From positions 49,104,001 through 49,168,000 of the forward strand of contig OX597817.1 of the NCBI GenBank assembly GCA_951406725.2: a DNA stretch of 64,000 bases. The letters are read 5' to 3'. Shown here in pieces: positions 13,555 to 27,685 of the stretch. How positions within the stretch are numbered: position 1 is the stretch's first letter; the number at the start of each line of letters is the position of its first letter. This DNA comes from Octopus vulgaris. Its lineage: Eukaryota. The translations under genes and the position numbers were made by a program. Below the pieces are notes generated by a model. The model saw only the letters and a program-made list of their open reading frames with translations. It was not told the origin of the DNA and searched no databases.

Positions 13555-13775
13555 CTGGCAGAAACGTTAGCACGCCGGGCGAAATGCGCAGCCGTATTTC
13601 GTCCGCTGTTACGTTCTGAGTTCAAATTCCGCCGAGGTCGACTTTGCCTTTCATCCTGTCGGGGTCGATAAATAAAGTACCAGTTACGCATTGGGGTCGA
13701 TGTAATCGACTTAATCCGTTTGTCTGTCTTTGTTTGTCCCCTCTATGTTTAGCCCCTTGTGGGCAATAAAGAAAT
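13555..13775 (+). mobile_element. SINE family C
   Basis: Matches 7109-7340. Confidence 0.85.
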
Positions 13776-14492
13776 ATGTATTGTTAAAATATTTTGTGTA
13801 TTCTAAAAAAAGAACTAATTTATTGCAGATAAGCTTTCAAAATAAAATCTTACATGGGCCCCGGTTGAGAACTACTGCTTTAGAGAGATTTTCTAATTCA
13901 TGGACGAGCTACGCTCTTTAAAAAGCATCTTATATATTTTCACTACCCGGACAAGCATCAATCTCTTTATATAGACGCAATTATAGAAAAACACAATTAT
14001 CATTGGCATATTGTTGCTTTTTCTTTTATTTCTGTATCTTGTCCGGTGGTCTGACTATCTATTTGTCTTTTCCTACAGAATATCTATTAATCACGCCCTC
14101 CAAACTCTCTGTTTCTGTATATCTTTATGTACAACTGCGACCCACTCGCCAGTTGATATATAGCATCCTTACATCTGCTATTTATCTTCTAAATTTACTC
14201 CTGACACCTGTTCCATTTCCTAGATATGTCATTCTCTTCATATTTGAAGCATTTTATCAACAACCTATAAAGGACTATAAATTTGCTCCTAAGACAGAAT
14301 AAACAGCACATCCAGATCTAACATACAGATCTAACGCTGAATGATCTACATTCAGTACGTCTAATTAAATGAACTAATTAGAATTTCACTCCAGCCGAGA
14401 GTAGAATCTCTTGCGGTACTATTTAGTTTGCCACTTAACTAAGTTATTCTAGTATCATGGATTTATTGTTTTTCATTTTCATTATTGTCTTT

Positions 14493-14533
<41 letters not shown>

Positions 14534-14586
14534 ATATACACACACACATATGTATGTATATGTTTATATATGTAGGTATGTATTAT

Positions 14587-14650
<64 letters not shown>

Positions 14651-14744
14651 AAGACTGAGGGCTTCGAATGTCCTCTCTGTGTTTGTTGTATCGTCTTCTA
14701 AGTTTTTATGCGTTCTTGTCTCAGTTTGTATTTTTCTACATATC

Positions 14745-14783
<39 letters not shown>

Positions 14784-14825
14784 GCATGTATGTATATATA
14801 TGTACGTATATATATATGTACGTAT

Positions 14826-14867
<42 letters not shown>

Positions 14868-14973
14868 GTATGTATATATATATATATGTATGTATATGTA
14901 TGCATGTATATATACATATGTAAGTATGTATATATATATATATGTATATATATATGTATGTATAAATATATAC

Positions 14974-15007
<34 letters not shown>

Positions 15008-15166
15008 GTATGTATATATATATACATATATATACATATATATACATACATATACACTTTATTTCCTTCTTTATCCGAAAAAAAGTTCGTTTTCCATGAT
15101 TTTTTTTTTTTATGTTCTCGTTCTTCAACTTCACGCTTTTTTTGACGCCCTGTACCCATATATATA

Positions 15167-15222
<56 letters not shown>

Positions 15223-15275
15223 AACATGCATACACACATATATATATATATATATACATATATACAAACATGCAT

Positions 15276-15308
<33 letters not shown>

Positions 15309-16249
15309 CATATACATGCATATGCATATATATACATATATACATATTTGCCTGTCTATATGCATAGATATTTTCTATAATTAAAACTGTAATTAGAAGA
15401 AATGGGACTAAACACAAAATATCGCATTTATTCAAATTCGACCATGAATTTCTGTAGTATCTTAATCCAAGACACATGAAACACAACGCTCACAAATATA
15501 CAAGCCTATGCAAACTACAGCATTTTATTTGCACCATGAAGATAAATACAATAATGTTGATTTCTGAAGAACAACTTGATAGGAGTGAGAACGTAGAAAT
15601 TGGCCTCTGTGTTTTGATCTCCATAAAAATCTAATTTCAAACTTATGAAATCGGAGTATTATTTATCTATTGCAGTTATTTCAAATAGATTGAATATCAG
15701 AGTTAATATATTCCACTCTCCTTATCTGTTTTATAAGCTTCATTTTCCAGAGACTGTAAATATTTTCGTTATCCAAACTCTTAGATCTCCATAATCGTCA
15801 TCGATTCCCGTCTTCAAAACACCATGTAATAGAAAATTGATAACCATGACAGCATTATTTCCTAAGACGCGTCACCAACGGTGCAATCACGATTCGTTCT
15901 AGAATTAGGGAAAGAATATGGGTGTGCGCGCGTGCGTGTGAATATCTGTGTGTGTGTATGCGTGCACGCCCGAGTATCCTTTTATTTTTTTGCCTTTTAC
16001 GTGCTTCAGCCTTTTGATTGTGGCTATGCTGGAGCACCGCATGCTGGGGCACCGCTTTGAAGGATTTTTTGTCCAAGGAATCTATTCCAGTGCTTATCAT
16101 TATGTGTGTTAAATTATAAGGCACTAAAAGAAAATGACTCTCCCAAGACGCAACAGAATATGCTTCAACATACAAACTCACATAAAGAATCTTGCAAACC
16201 AAATCCAAAAACGATATATGTAGTATTATATTGTATTTATATTATATTA

Positions 16250-16510
16250 TTGGGTTGGTGCATAATTATTGCGGTTTTTTCTTTTTTTCCAACAAATTTT
16301 ATTCAACAAAAGCAATAACAATATTTAACAAAAATATCTATAAATGACGGTCTGACCGTCTGCCAAGCAAATGGGAAGCATTAATCGAAGCAGATTGTGA
16401 ATATGCTCCGGAATAATCATTTAAAGATGTTTTTGTTACATGTTGTTTTTGTGTTTTTTGGATAAATTTTGTTGAAAAAAAAAAGCCGCAATAATTATGC
16501 ACCAACCCAA
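16250..16510. mobile_element. Mariner MITE with Hsmar1/MADE1-like TIRs
   Basis: TIR TTGGGTTGGTGCATAATTATTGCGG, TA flanks; internal DRLPSKWEALIEADCEY resembles a mariner C-terminus. Confidence 0.85.
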
Positions 16511-16884
16511 TATATTTATTATATCCCTGCATGTTTATTCGAATCTGCTTTGACTCGGTTGACTTTCTTGCCGAACTTCCCAGTTAACTAACAACACAAT
16601 GGAATCAATGCCTGAATGAAAAACAGCTCTTTACGTCAATCAACAAAATAATTTATTGTTCAAAGCCTTATTTACATCCTTATCTCTTGCCATCTGACAT
16701 AGTCGTTCGTTTATCTTTTATTTCAAGTCAAAATGGTTGGTCTACGGCGCTTGTTTGTCAGAGACTGGCTCACAAGTCTTAACAGATTCCAATCAGATAG
16801 TCTATTTACGAGGTGTGATACAAAGACCGTAGTTTGTGGAACAAACAAGTCGGAGAAGAAAAGATAGCATTAGGAATGATGTGA

Positions 16885-16921
<37 letters not shown>

Positions 16922-17204
16922 AGAGATATAGAAAGAGAGAGCAAAAAGAGAGGATAGGGAAAGATAAGTGGAGGGTTGGTGGAGGGGATTAAACGAAGAG
17001 CTTAAATGATATAGCAATATAGGAAAGGGGATGCGAACAAATTCAGGGGTCGGGATAGTGACAGTGGAGGTAAGCAAGGGTTTTGTTTCGGTTGTTTCAG
17101 TTTGCCTTATTATTATAGTGTTGATCTACAGCATACAAACCACTCATACAGGCGCACGCACACACGCATACACACACTGTTTCTTGCAAGCATGTGCCTG
17201 TGTG

Positions 17205-17593
17205 TATACATACATACATACATACATACATACATACATACATACATACATACATACATACATACATACATACATACATACATGCATGCATACATACATA
17301 ATATATACATACATAATACATACATACATACATGCATACATACATGCATACATACATACATACATACATACATAATACATACATGCATACAATACATATA
17401 TACATACATAATACATACATACATGCATACATATATACATACATATATACATAATACATAATACATACATACATACATGCATACATATATACATACATAT
17501 ATACATACATACATTCATACATACGTACATAGATACAAACATACATAATACATACATACATACATACATACATACATACATACATACATACAT
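17205..17593. repeat. (TACA)n compound microsatellite
   Basis: Direct inspection. Confidence 0.95.
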
Positions 17594-17769
17594 AGTGGGA
17601 GACTATTTATCGAAAATGCGATGAATACTAGCACCAATTTTGGAGCCACAACTTTCAGTCCTTGTTAAATAACTGGTTAATCTTCGGATGAATTAACTGA
17701 AGAAGGCTTTTATTCAAGATCGTAATGATTTTCGATTGAAACTTGAATTTTGTATGCAGTGAATTACTA

Positions 17770-18880
17770 CAAACAACATGGCTGGACACAACATTAACAA
17801 CAACAATACAACTGAGGAACAGAACGAAAACAACAGCTCAACAGGTAAATAAATTCTTTCTAGTTGTAGTTATAGAAGAAAACGTAATTACAAAACTCAT
17901 TTTTCTTGGAGTTATAAACTGAATATTGATCTGTTTAAGTGCTATAATTAAGCGAAACCAAACACCGTTGTTGGCTGTATGAATTGATTGAAATCATACT
18001 GGGACGACCAGCAACCAGAATTAAATAATTTTACTGCGAAGCAACTACGCCAACAAGCAACATTTGTAGAACATAGAAAGAAGGTTAGTAATTGCAACTT
18101 CATTAAAAAATCGAAAATTAACCTTCTTCCCAATTCTATAAACAAAAACGGAAAAAGTGAATGATATAAGACCACCACGTTGTTTCGCAGCTAACGACAT
18201 TCCAACAGATTCTATAGCGCCTGCCAGCCCAACTGCATTACTGGCTCAAGTAACTGACCATTATACTTCTACTATGGCTATGGTAAATAGCAGGCATAAC
18301 TACAATGATTATTGTAGTAGTAGTGGTAACCAGGATGATATACCGGTGAAATGTGCCCTTACTGAACTTTTCCGAGAAAAAATTACTTTGGCTTTGAAGG
18401 ATTCTCTTGAGGAGAGAGTATTCTCTTCCAATGTATAAAAAACCCCCACCAGATACGACATTGAAAGCTGTTAATGAAATTGGTGATGAGTATTTGCAGC
18501 AGTGAACCCACATTCTGGCAGATTAACACCTGTCTATATGCTCTGGCTACTACTGTAAAGCAGTACATGAATGACATTCCAAAAGTAACCAAAACCGAAA
18601 TAACAAAGAACGTACCATCGTGGTTTTGAAGACAGAAAAAAAGATAACTGGTTTACGGGAGACCATCAATCCTGTAATGATGTTTATTGCCTGCAAACAA
18701 TCAAATCACTATTCGTCCCACCAACAGAAAGTAAAGAAGGAGATAGAAATGATGTTTGGAGACAGCTAAAAGAGGACACTCACTTGCAAACTGATTACCC
18801 TCAAGCAGGAGCTAAAAGTTGTCAGAGAAACACTCCGACATCAGAAGAGAATAACCGAGTGAAGAACAATAAGCATAAAT
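17770..18880 (+). mobile_element. Degraded N-terminal region of an R4/Dong-like retrotransposon ORF
   Basis: Interrupted frames give LKSYWDDQQPELNNFTAKQLRQQA, NTCLYALATTV and PSWF..KKITGLRETI, resembling R4-clade N-terminal motifs. Confidence 0.5.
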
Positions 18881-18972
18881 TTAACCTTGAAATTTTAATC
18901 TTGAAATATAAAGTGAACAATGAGATACATACATATATATGATCGAACGCCACTCATCCTTTTCAAAGTAAG

Positions 18973-19024
<52 letters not shown>

Positions 19025-19026
<2 letters not shown>

Positions 19027-19543
19027 CAATAATAATTCTCTAAAAGAGATATAGACAGTAACTGCTCGATAACATAAGGGACTAAAGCCATCTGAATATG
19101 GCTAGGGACAGGGCAGGGTGGTGGGGGTGTTACTGTTGCATTTAGCCCCAGGCGAACATCGACGTCACCAGAAAGGCTCGACACCGTCACGGTGTCCTTA
19201 TCCTGCAAAGGGAGGTAATTCCCCGATGAAGCGGAAACCACACACGGACCATGGTTTCAAGGTGTATTGCCTATCGTCGGCGTGTGGTAGGCTTCCGCTT
19301 CCTCGACGAATTCTCACTCTGCAGGATATTCATATATAGATTTTCAAGCAAAATACATTTGCTGATTTCGAAAATCTGTTCGAAAGCAATAATAATTCTC
19401 TAAAAGAGATATAGACAGTAACTGCTCGATAACATAAGGGACTAAAGCCATCTGAATATGGCTAGGGACAGGGCAGGGTGGTGGGGGTGTTACTGTTGCA
19501 TTTAGCCCCAGGCGAACATCGACGTCACCAGAAAGGCTCGACA
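19025..19543 (-). mobile_element. Retrozyme-like element 1 (360-nt unit plus 159-bp terminal direct repeat)
   Basis: 19025-19183 repeated exactly at 19385-19543; contains an HHR; embedded in (TA)n. Confidence 0.8.
19241..19286 (-). ncRNA. Type I hammerhead ribozyme (CCGACGA core)
   Basis: Minus: CACACG-CCGACGA-tAGGcaatacaCCTt-GAAAC-catg-GTC^CGTGTG; stem I 6 bp; predicted cut between 19247 and 19246. Confidence 0.8.
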
Positions 19544-19544
19544 T

Positions 19545-20235
<691 letters not shown>

Positions 20236-21292
20236 ATTGATTGATTGATTGATTGATTGATTCTAGTTTCAGCTTATGAGCTGTGGCCATGCTGGGGCAC
20301 CGCCATTTGGTGTTGCTACTTGGTTTTACTTCACGAAAGCTTTTTAGCAACTGCCATTTGGTGCATGAGAGAGTTCGATGCAGCTGCCCTCATCTGCACC
20401 TCTTGCCGTGAAGTTGGTTCATCTGGGACACCTGACAGGAAGAGATCCAGTTTCATCTTAAAGACATCTGCATCCACCCCATGCAGGTCTCTCAGGTTCT
20501 TCGGGAGGATATTGAAGAGCTGTGGGCCTCGGAAGCCCAGGCTATCACAGAATCTTGTTCTACATCTTGATGGCAAGTTTGGAGTCCTAGGCACCACGCA
20601 GTGGCGCCCAGTTCTGGCATTTGCGTAACTCTCGATGCCAAAGTTTAGGACCCGTCCCTCCAGGATCTTCCAGATGTATATTATGGCATATCTTTCCCGC
20701 CTACGCTCCAGGGAATATAGTTTTAATCTCTTGAGTCTTTCCCAGTAGCTTACATTCTGCATAGAGGCTATCTTCTTCGTGTAGCTACGTTGGATCGCCT
20801 GTGATCAACTTGACACTGGATGGTGACCATAACTGAGAGCAGTAGTCAAAATGGCTTAGGACAAGTGTCCTCCAGAGGACCATCATGGTTTCTTGTTCTT
20901 TTGTTCTAAAGGTTCTGAGGATCCATCCGGCCAGTCGTCTACATTTCATTGCCAATTTAGCAACATGTACACGAAAGGTCGCGTCATCACTCATGTAAAT
21001 ACCTAGGTCACGCACTGATTGTGCCTCTGGGATTGCTATTCCTCCGGGTCCAGTGAATTCATTGGGTATTGCATTTAGTTTTGCATGCTGATAGTATAGA
21101 GCTTGAAACTTTTCAGCATTGAACTGCATGCTATTCTTTTCAGCCCACTTGTATATTTTGTCCAGCTCACATTGCAGGTGTTTAGTGTTCTCAGGGTTCT
21201 GTATTGCCTGTGAAACTTTTGTATCATCTGCATAACTTGTGATCGTGGCTCTCTGCGTGGCTGAGGGCATGTCTGAGAGGGCCATTATGAAC
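20236..21292 (-). mobile_element. 5'-truncated CR1/L2-group LINE (RT C-terminal half and 3' end)
   Basis: YADD motif, VRDLGIYM, HFDYCSQLWSP, YSLERRRER; frame break near 20785; (ATCA)n tail. Confidence 0.9.
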
Positions 21293-21295
21293 ATA

Positions 21296-21451
<156 letters not shown>

Positions 21452-21498
21452 GATATATATATATATTATATATATATATATATATATAATCATATATG

Positions 21499-21604
<106 letters not shown>

Positions 21605-21610
21605 CATATA

Positions 21611-21648
<38 letters not shown>

Positions 21649-21655
21649 TATATAT

Positions 21656-23310
21656 ACTTTGATACTTTGATACTTTGATAGGTTTCGGCCATTATTGGCC
21701 CAGGCCATGTCTAACTTAATAGCACCACCTGGTGAAGTCTTTCAAGTCAGAATTTGGGCACTATGGCCCACTCAAGTAGAGAGTTATTGTTTACAGAGAC
21801 ATATCCGGGTGTAGGGGGTTTATCCGGGATTTCTTGAAGGAATCTGTCCAAAGACTTCTTGAACCCTATAGGGTCAGTTTCTGTTTTAATGTGTTTTGGT
21901 GTAATATTAAAGAGAGCGGGGCCAATTGAGGTGAAATAATTGTGCCGTATTGTTGTTATGAGATGAGAGTGCGATTTTTGTTTTGGGCGGATGGCACGGG
22001 GCCCAAGCCTTGGATGTACCTTAAAGGTGATGCCAACATCATTTGGGCAATGCTGATGGAATATTTTCCACATCATGCAGATGATGTAGCGCTCACGACG
22101 ACGTTGGAGAGAATAGAGTTTTAGCTTTTCTAGTCGACCCCAATAGTCGAGGCCTGTCATGCCATCTATCTTTTTTGTGATTGCCCTTTGAGGTGCTTCG
22201 ACTTTTATGATACCTTGTATTGTGTGGGGAGACCACAGTGGACAACAGTATTCAAGGTGGGGTCGGCAAAAGTGGAGAAGAGAAGGATAATGGTGTGGAT
22301 ATCTCTCGACTGAAAAGTTCTGAGAATCCAGGAACACATTCTGCGGGCCATGTCAACTTTGGTGTTTATATGAGTGGCCCAGCTTACGTTGTTGTCCACA
22401 ATTACTCCCAAGTCTCTGATGTTGTTGGACGCCGCGAGAGATTCACCTGAAGGAAGGGAGTATGGGAGTTTCAGGGCATCCTCTTTTCCAAAGTGGATTA
22501 GCTCAAATTTATCCTCGTTCAGCAGCATATTGTTTTTTTCTGCCCATTGGATAACAGCCAGTAGATCTGACTGAAGGCATGTCCGGTCACTCGCCTCATT
22601 TATGACCTTCTGTAGCTTGGAGTCATCTGCAAAGATTTTTATGTTGCTGTGCTTGATGATGTCATTAATGTCATTAATGTAAATGATGAAAAGAAGTGGG
22701 CCCAGCACAGTGCCTTGCGGAACGCCACTACTGACTTTGGCTGGGCTTGATTTTACCCCTTCAACTACAACATGTTGAGATCTGTCTGTCAGGAAACACT
22801 TAATCCATTTCAGTAACTTTCCAGAGACACCAATGTTGGATAGTTTTTTCAATAGGATCTTGTGATCGACCCTGTCGAAGGCCTTACTGAAATCAAGGTA
22901 GATGATATCGGTGTTGGAGCCCTCTCCCAAAGCTCTCAAAATGTCCTCAAAGTGATGCAGGAGCTGCGTTAGGCAGTCCCTTCCATTACGGAACCCATGT
23001 TGGTTGGAGATCAGCCGTCTGTTGCTTTCCAGAAATTGGGTTATTTGAGATCTCACCACCCTCTCAAATACCTTGATGATATGAGAGGTGAGTGAGATCG
23101 GACGGTAATTCACTGCAAGGGACTTGTTTCCCTTTTTGAAAACTGGGACAACAGACTGGGACAGAAGGTTTTTTGGAATATAGCCAGCATCCAGTGAGTT
23201 TCTCCACAGATTAGCAAGGGGAGATGCAAGTTGGTGTCGACACACCTTCAGGACACAAGCAGGGAACCTATCGGGGCCTACTGCTGAATTGTGTTTTATT
23301 TCGTTTAATA
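21656..23310 (-). mobile_element. 5'-truncated CR1/L2-group LINE, reverse transcriptase pseudogene
   Basis: NYRPISLT, QHGFR, YLDFSKAFD, GVPQGTVLGP, FADD; single frameshift near 22265; (ATCAAAGT)n tail. Confidence 0.92.
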
Positions 23311-23373
23311 TATGATATATATATATATAATATATGATATATATATATATTATATATATATATATATATAATC

Positions 23374-23412
<39 letters not shown>

Positions 23413-23441
23413 TATATGATATATATATATATATATATATC

Positions 23442-23473
<32 letters not shown>

Positions 23474-23481
23474 ATCATATA

Positions 23482-23515
<34 letters not shown>

Positions 23516-23519
23516 TATA

Positions 23520-23552
<33 letters not shown>

Positions 23553-23558
23553 CATATA

Positions 23559-23593
<35 letters not shown>

Positions 23594-23594
23594 A

Positions 23595-23633
<39 letters not shown>

Positions 23634-23634
23634 C

Positions 23635-23674
<40 letters not shown>

Positions 23675-23749
23675 CATATATTATATATATATATATATAT
23701 AATCATATATGATATATATATATATATATATAAAATCATATATTATATA

Positions 23750-23840
<91 letters not shown>

Positions 23841-23903
23841 ATCATATTATATATATATATATATAATCATATTATATATATATATATATATATAATCATA
23901 TAT

Positions 23904-23954
<51 letters not shown>

Positions 23955-23956
<2 letters not shown>

Positions 23957-24258
23957 AGGCGCAATGGCCTAGTGGTTAGGGCAGCGGACTCGCGGTCGCA
24001 GGATCGTGGTTTCAATTCCCTGACCAGGCGTTGTGAGTGTTTATTGAGCGAAAACACCTAAAGCTCCACGAGGCTCCGGCAGGGTGTGGTGATCCCTACT
24101 GTACTCTTTCACCACTCTTTCTCCCACTCTTTTTTCTGTTGGCCTGTTCGCTTAGCCAGCGGGGTGGCGTCATTCGAAGGCTAAAACAATGCGAACGCAT
24201 TGTGACCAGCGATGTGTAACAACATCTGATGGTCTGGTCGGTCACGTGATCACGTGAT
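23955..24258 (+). mobile_element. SINE family B
   Basis: tRNA-like head GGAGGCGCAATGGCCTAGTGGTTAGGGCAGCGGACTCG; ends TCACGTGATCACGTGA. Confidence 0.85.
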
Positions 24259-24274
24259 ATATATATATATACAC

Positions 24275-24500
24275 AAACTTAGATAAACTTAGATAGGTTT
24301 CGACCAAAGATTGGTCCAGGCTATGTCTAACTTAATAGCACCACTGGATAGGATTATCTAAATCCTTTTTAAGTCAAATTTTGTTTATGGTCCATTCAAG
24401 TAGTGAGTTCTTGTTGATAGAGTTGTATCCAGGTATGGGTGGCTTATCCAGTATTCCTTGAAGAAATCTTTCCAGACTCCGTCTGAAGTTGATGGGATCC
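24275..24500 (-). mobile_element. 3' terminal fragment of a LINE related to 21656-23310
   Basis: Minus: FLQGILDKPPIPGYNS..NSLLEW; similar 3' stem-loop; (TATCTAAGTT)n tail. Confidence 0.8.
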
Positions 24501-24514
24501 TATATATAAGTGCT

Positions 24515-24680
24515 CTACATTTTAAAACTGATGTAATACTTACAGTGTTTAATTAAATGAAGTAGCATGAAACGATTGTACTACACTACGTTGGATATCC
24601 TTGTTGCTTATTTTGATTATAATCACCCCATTTGATTTATATGGATAATACCATACCAAATTCTGCTGCCTTTAACTTAA
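24515..24680 (+). repeat. Unclassified interspersed repeat (second copy ~36380-36550)
   Basis: Shared GCATGAAACGAT..GGATATCCTTGTTGCTTATTTTGATT..AATCACC. Confidence 0.65.
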
Positions 24681-24885
24681 GTACCAATTTCATGAGAAAA
24701 TTCTTATGAATTAACTCTGAAATTGGGACCAATACAGTAAAAACGGAATTTAAAAAAAATTCCTGTCGGCTTGTTTCGAGACGCATGTTAATAGTGATAA
24801 ATTATAATGGTAATTGACAATTTGTCTATTTTCGGCATATTTGGCATTAGAATTTTTTTCTTTTGCTCTTGTTTTATAAGTTACT

Positions 24886-24922
<37 letters not shown>

Positions 24923-25636
24923 GCATTTATATTTTCACAACAAATGACTAATCAGGTAAATTATCATCATTCAAATAGTCAAAGCATAATCATATATTGT
25001 CGTTTTCGCTCTCTTTCTCTTTCTCTTTCTCTCTCTCTCTCTCTCACCACACACACACACGCATGTATATGTGTGTGTCTATTCCTACTCTCAATATTCG
25101 TCTGTTTCACAGATACATCAACAAATACTTTGAACACGAGTTTCTTTTTCGTTAATTCGTTATTCTCTTTACTTTATGCTACCCTATTCTCTCTCACCCT
25201 CTCTCTCCCATCACACTCCTGTTTCTTCTATAAATCTTTACTTCGGCTTCTCTCTCAGCCCCTCCTTTCTATTCCTCTCTCTCTCCCTCCTCCTCCCCAC
25301 TCTCTCATTTACCCTTGTTGTTGTTGAAAAACACAGATAAGACAAAAGCGCGAGTTTTCACGAAAAGAAAACGAACGACAGCATTTGAAACAAATCAACG
25401 TTAGTTTATCAGCCAGACGGTGAGGAGAAATTTGATCGGCGAATTTTAGATAGGAGACACGGAAGTTATTTATTTTGTATCTCTGTTGTATTGTTACTTG
25501 CTGTGGTTCTTTGGCTGAGATGACAAATAGATCTCTTGAGTTTAATTTGCTTATAATCTCAGCGTAAAACTCCATCTCCGCCTTTGGATTATAGATTATA
25601 ATAGGCAAAGTTTAGGAAGGTGACACGGAGGCTGTG

Positions 25637-25682
<46 letters not shown>

Positions 25683-25850
25683 TATACATATATATCATAT
25701 ATATATATATATCATATATGTATGTATATGTATGTTTATATATATATGTGTGTGTGTGTGTATATATATATGTATGTATATATATATATGTATATATATG
25801 TATGTATGTATATATATATATATGTATGTATATGTATGTATATATATATG

Positions 25851-25885
<35 letters not shown>

Positions 25886-27477
25886 GTATGTATACATATA
25901 TGTATGTATATATATATGTATATATATATGTATATGTATGTATATGTATATATATATGTATATTTATGTATATATATGTATATGCATATATATGTATATA
26001 TATGTGTATATATATGTATGTATATATATGTGTATGTGTATATATGTATATATGTATGTATATATATTCATATTTACGTACAAATGTATTTATGTATGCA
26101 TGTATGTATTTATTTGTGTGTGTGTGTCTTAGGCAACACAAAAAGAACACGGGAACAAGTTTTAACAAATGTGTTAGTTTAACACTTAAAAAGAAGGGAA
26201 AGAGTGTTGACGTTTTGGGCGCTAGTCCTTAATAAGAAAACAATAAATGCTATGGGAAAAGGAATTGGAAAAATAAAAACAAAAGACAAAAATAAGAAAA
26301 GATGGTTGGAACATAAAGGAGTTAGGGGCTAGATGGGAAAGCGGCTGAACGGAGGCGGTGGTGGTGTGATGCGTCCAAAGACTAGACTTTCTGTTTAGGG
26401 CCAGAAGATATTCCAGTCCTCAACAGCTGCTGACACTCTACATGGCTCGAGTAGGTTGGGGTTACTACTGTGAACACTCACATCTTCGATAGCTTAAAAA
26501 ATACTACGCGCCTTCATTGGTCAGTTAAAGTTGAGAGAGTATCACGTGACAACTAGCTGGGGCTGCCTGCTGGAGCCTAACAGCAGGTATTTAAAGGGAA
26601 ATTTGCCAAGACAGTCAGTTGTCCGCTGACACGCGTTGACACTATATCGAAGAGACCAGGGAACAGAAGAAAGAAGAAGAAAGAAGACATGCACCCAACA
26701 CCAGAGCTGAAGACACCTCCAAAGGCGGGGCGCCACGTCAAAACGGTAGAGGAGTAGGGGCCGAAACCGGACGTGGTTCCTCCTGATGATGTCTTGAGCT
26801 AACTGGATCCTACAAAGGAGCTGTTGTGGTAGTAGACCACGAAACACGGTTGAAATTCCTCAGAATAGGCCCAGACGGTTATTAACAGACCATCATATAA
26901 AAATTCTACGCTTTAATCCACAGTCTCCTGTCTTTTCTGTCACTATCATAATTAAACTCTACACTCATATCAGGGATGAAGCGGCGATTGTGTACGCTAA
27001 CATCTTGGGTCGCATCCAAAGATGGTCACTCGGTTGATTAGCATTCCACTACAGAAAAACTCTAGCCTACAGCCCTACTGTCTCCTTTGTGTCTTTTCTA
27101 TCACTGTTATAAGAGCCTCTGCTTCTTCGAGTTGGCTGGTCTTGTACATTTACCACTCAGGTGACCCTAACCCATCCAGCTCACTACCCCTCATCATCCT
27201 TGATGCGTTCAACCCCTCTCCTCTTTCTCTGCACTAACATCTTCCCAATCCTTCTTCCCCACGACATCTGATTTCTGGAATTTTCTCTCTGCTCATGTCT
27301 TTCCTGTAGGAGTTTTCCTGCAACGGTTTAAACGGAATATTAACGACATTAATATCACCAGTGTCGAGAGGCCACCAAGGGCTATGGATTCTGTCAGGCC
27401 CAGCTAATAAAGAAAAGTGGGGACAAAGCCGGATTCTCGTGATTACAAAAGGAACTTCTTAACCTTTCGGCTAATAT

Positions 27478-27646
27478 AAGCGCAGATGTGGTTGTGTGAT
27501 AAGAAATTTGCTTCCTAACCTCATGGCTCCGGGTTCAGTCCCACCTTATAGCTCCTTAGGTAAGTGTCTTATGCTATAGCCACGCTCTGAACAAAGCCTT
27601 GTGAGGGAATTTGGTAGACGGATCTGAAAGAAGCCCGTCGTATACG

Positions 27647-27685
<39 letters not shown>

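Noticed and set aside
14457-15486. Long [12 protein letters not shown] ORFs here and throughout the ORF track
   Set aside because: Translations of (TA)n, (TG)n and (TACA)n microsatellites, which lack stops by composition
17778-17850. Plus-strand first exon (ATG...CAG|gtaaat)
   Set aside because: Lies at the start of a degraded retroelement region, with no downstream plus-strand exons found
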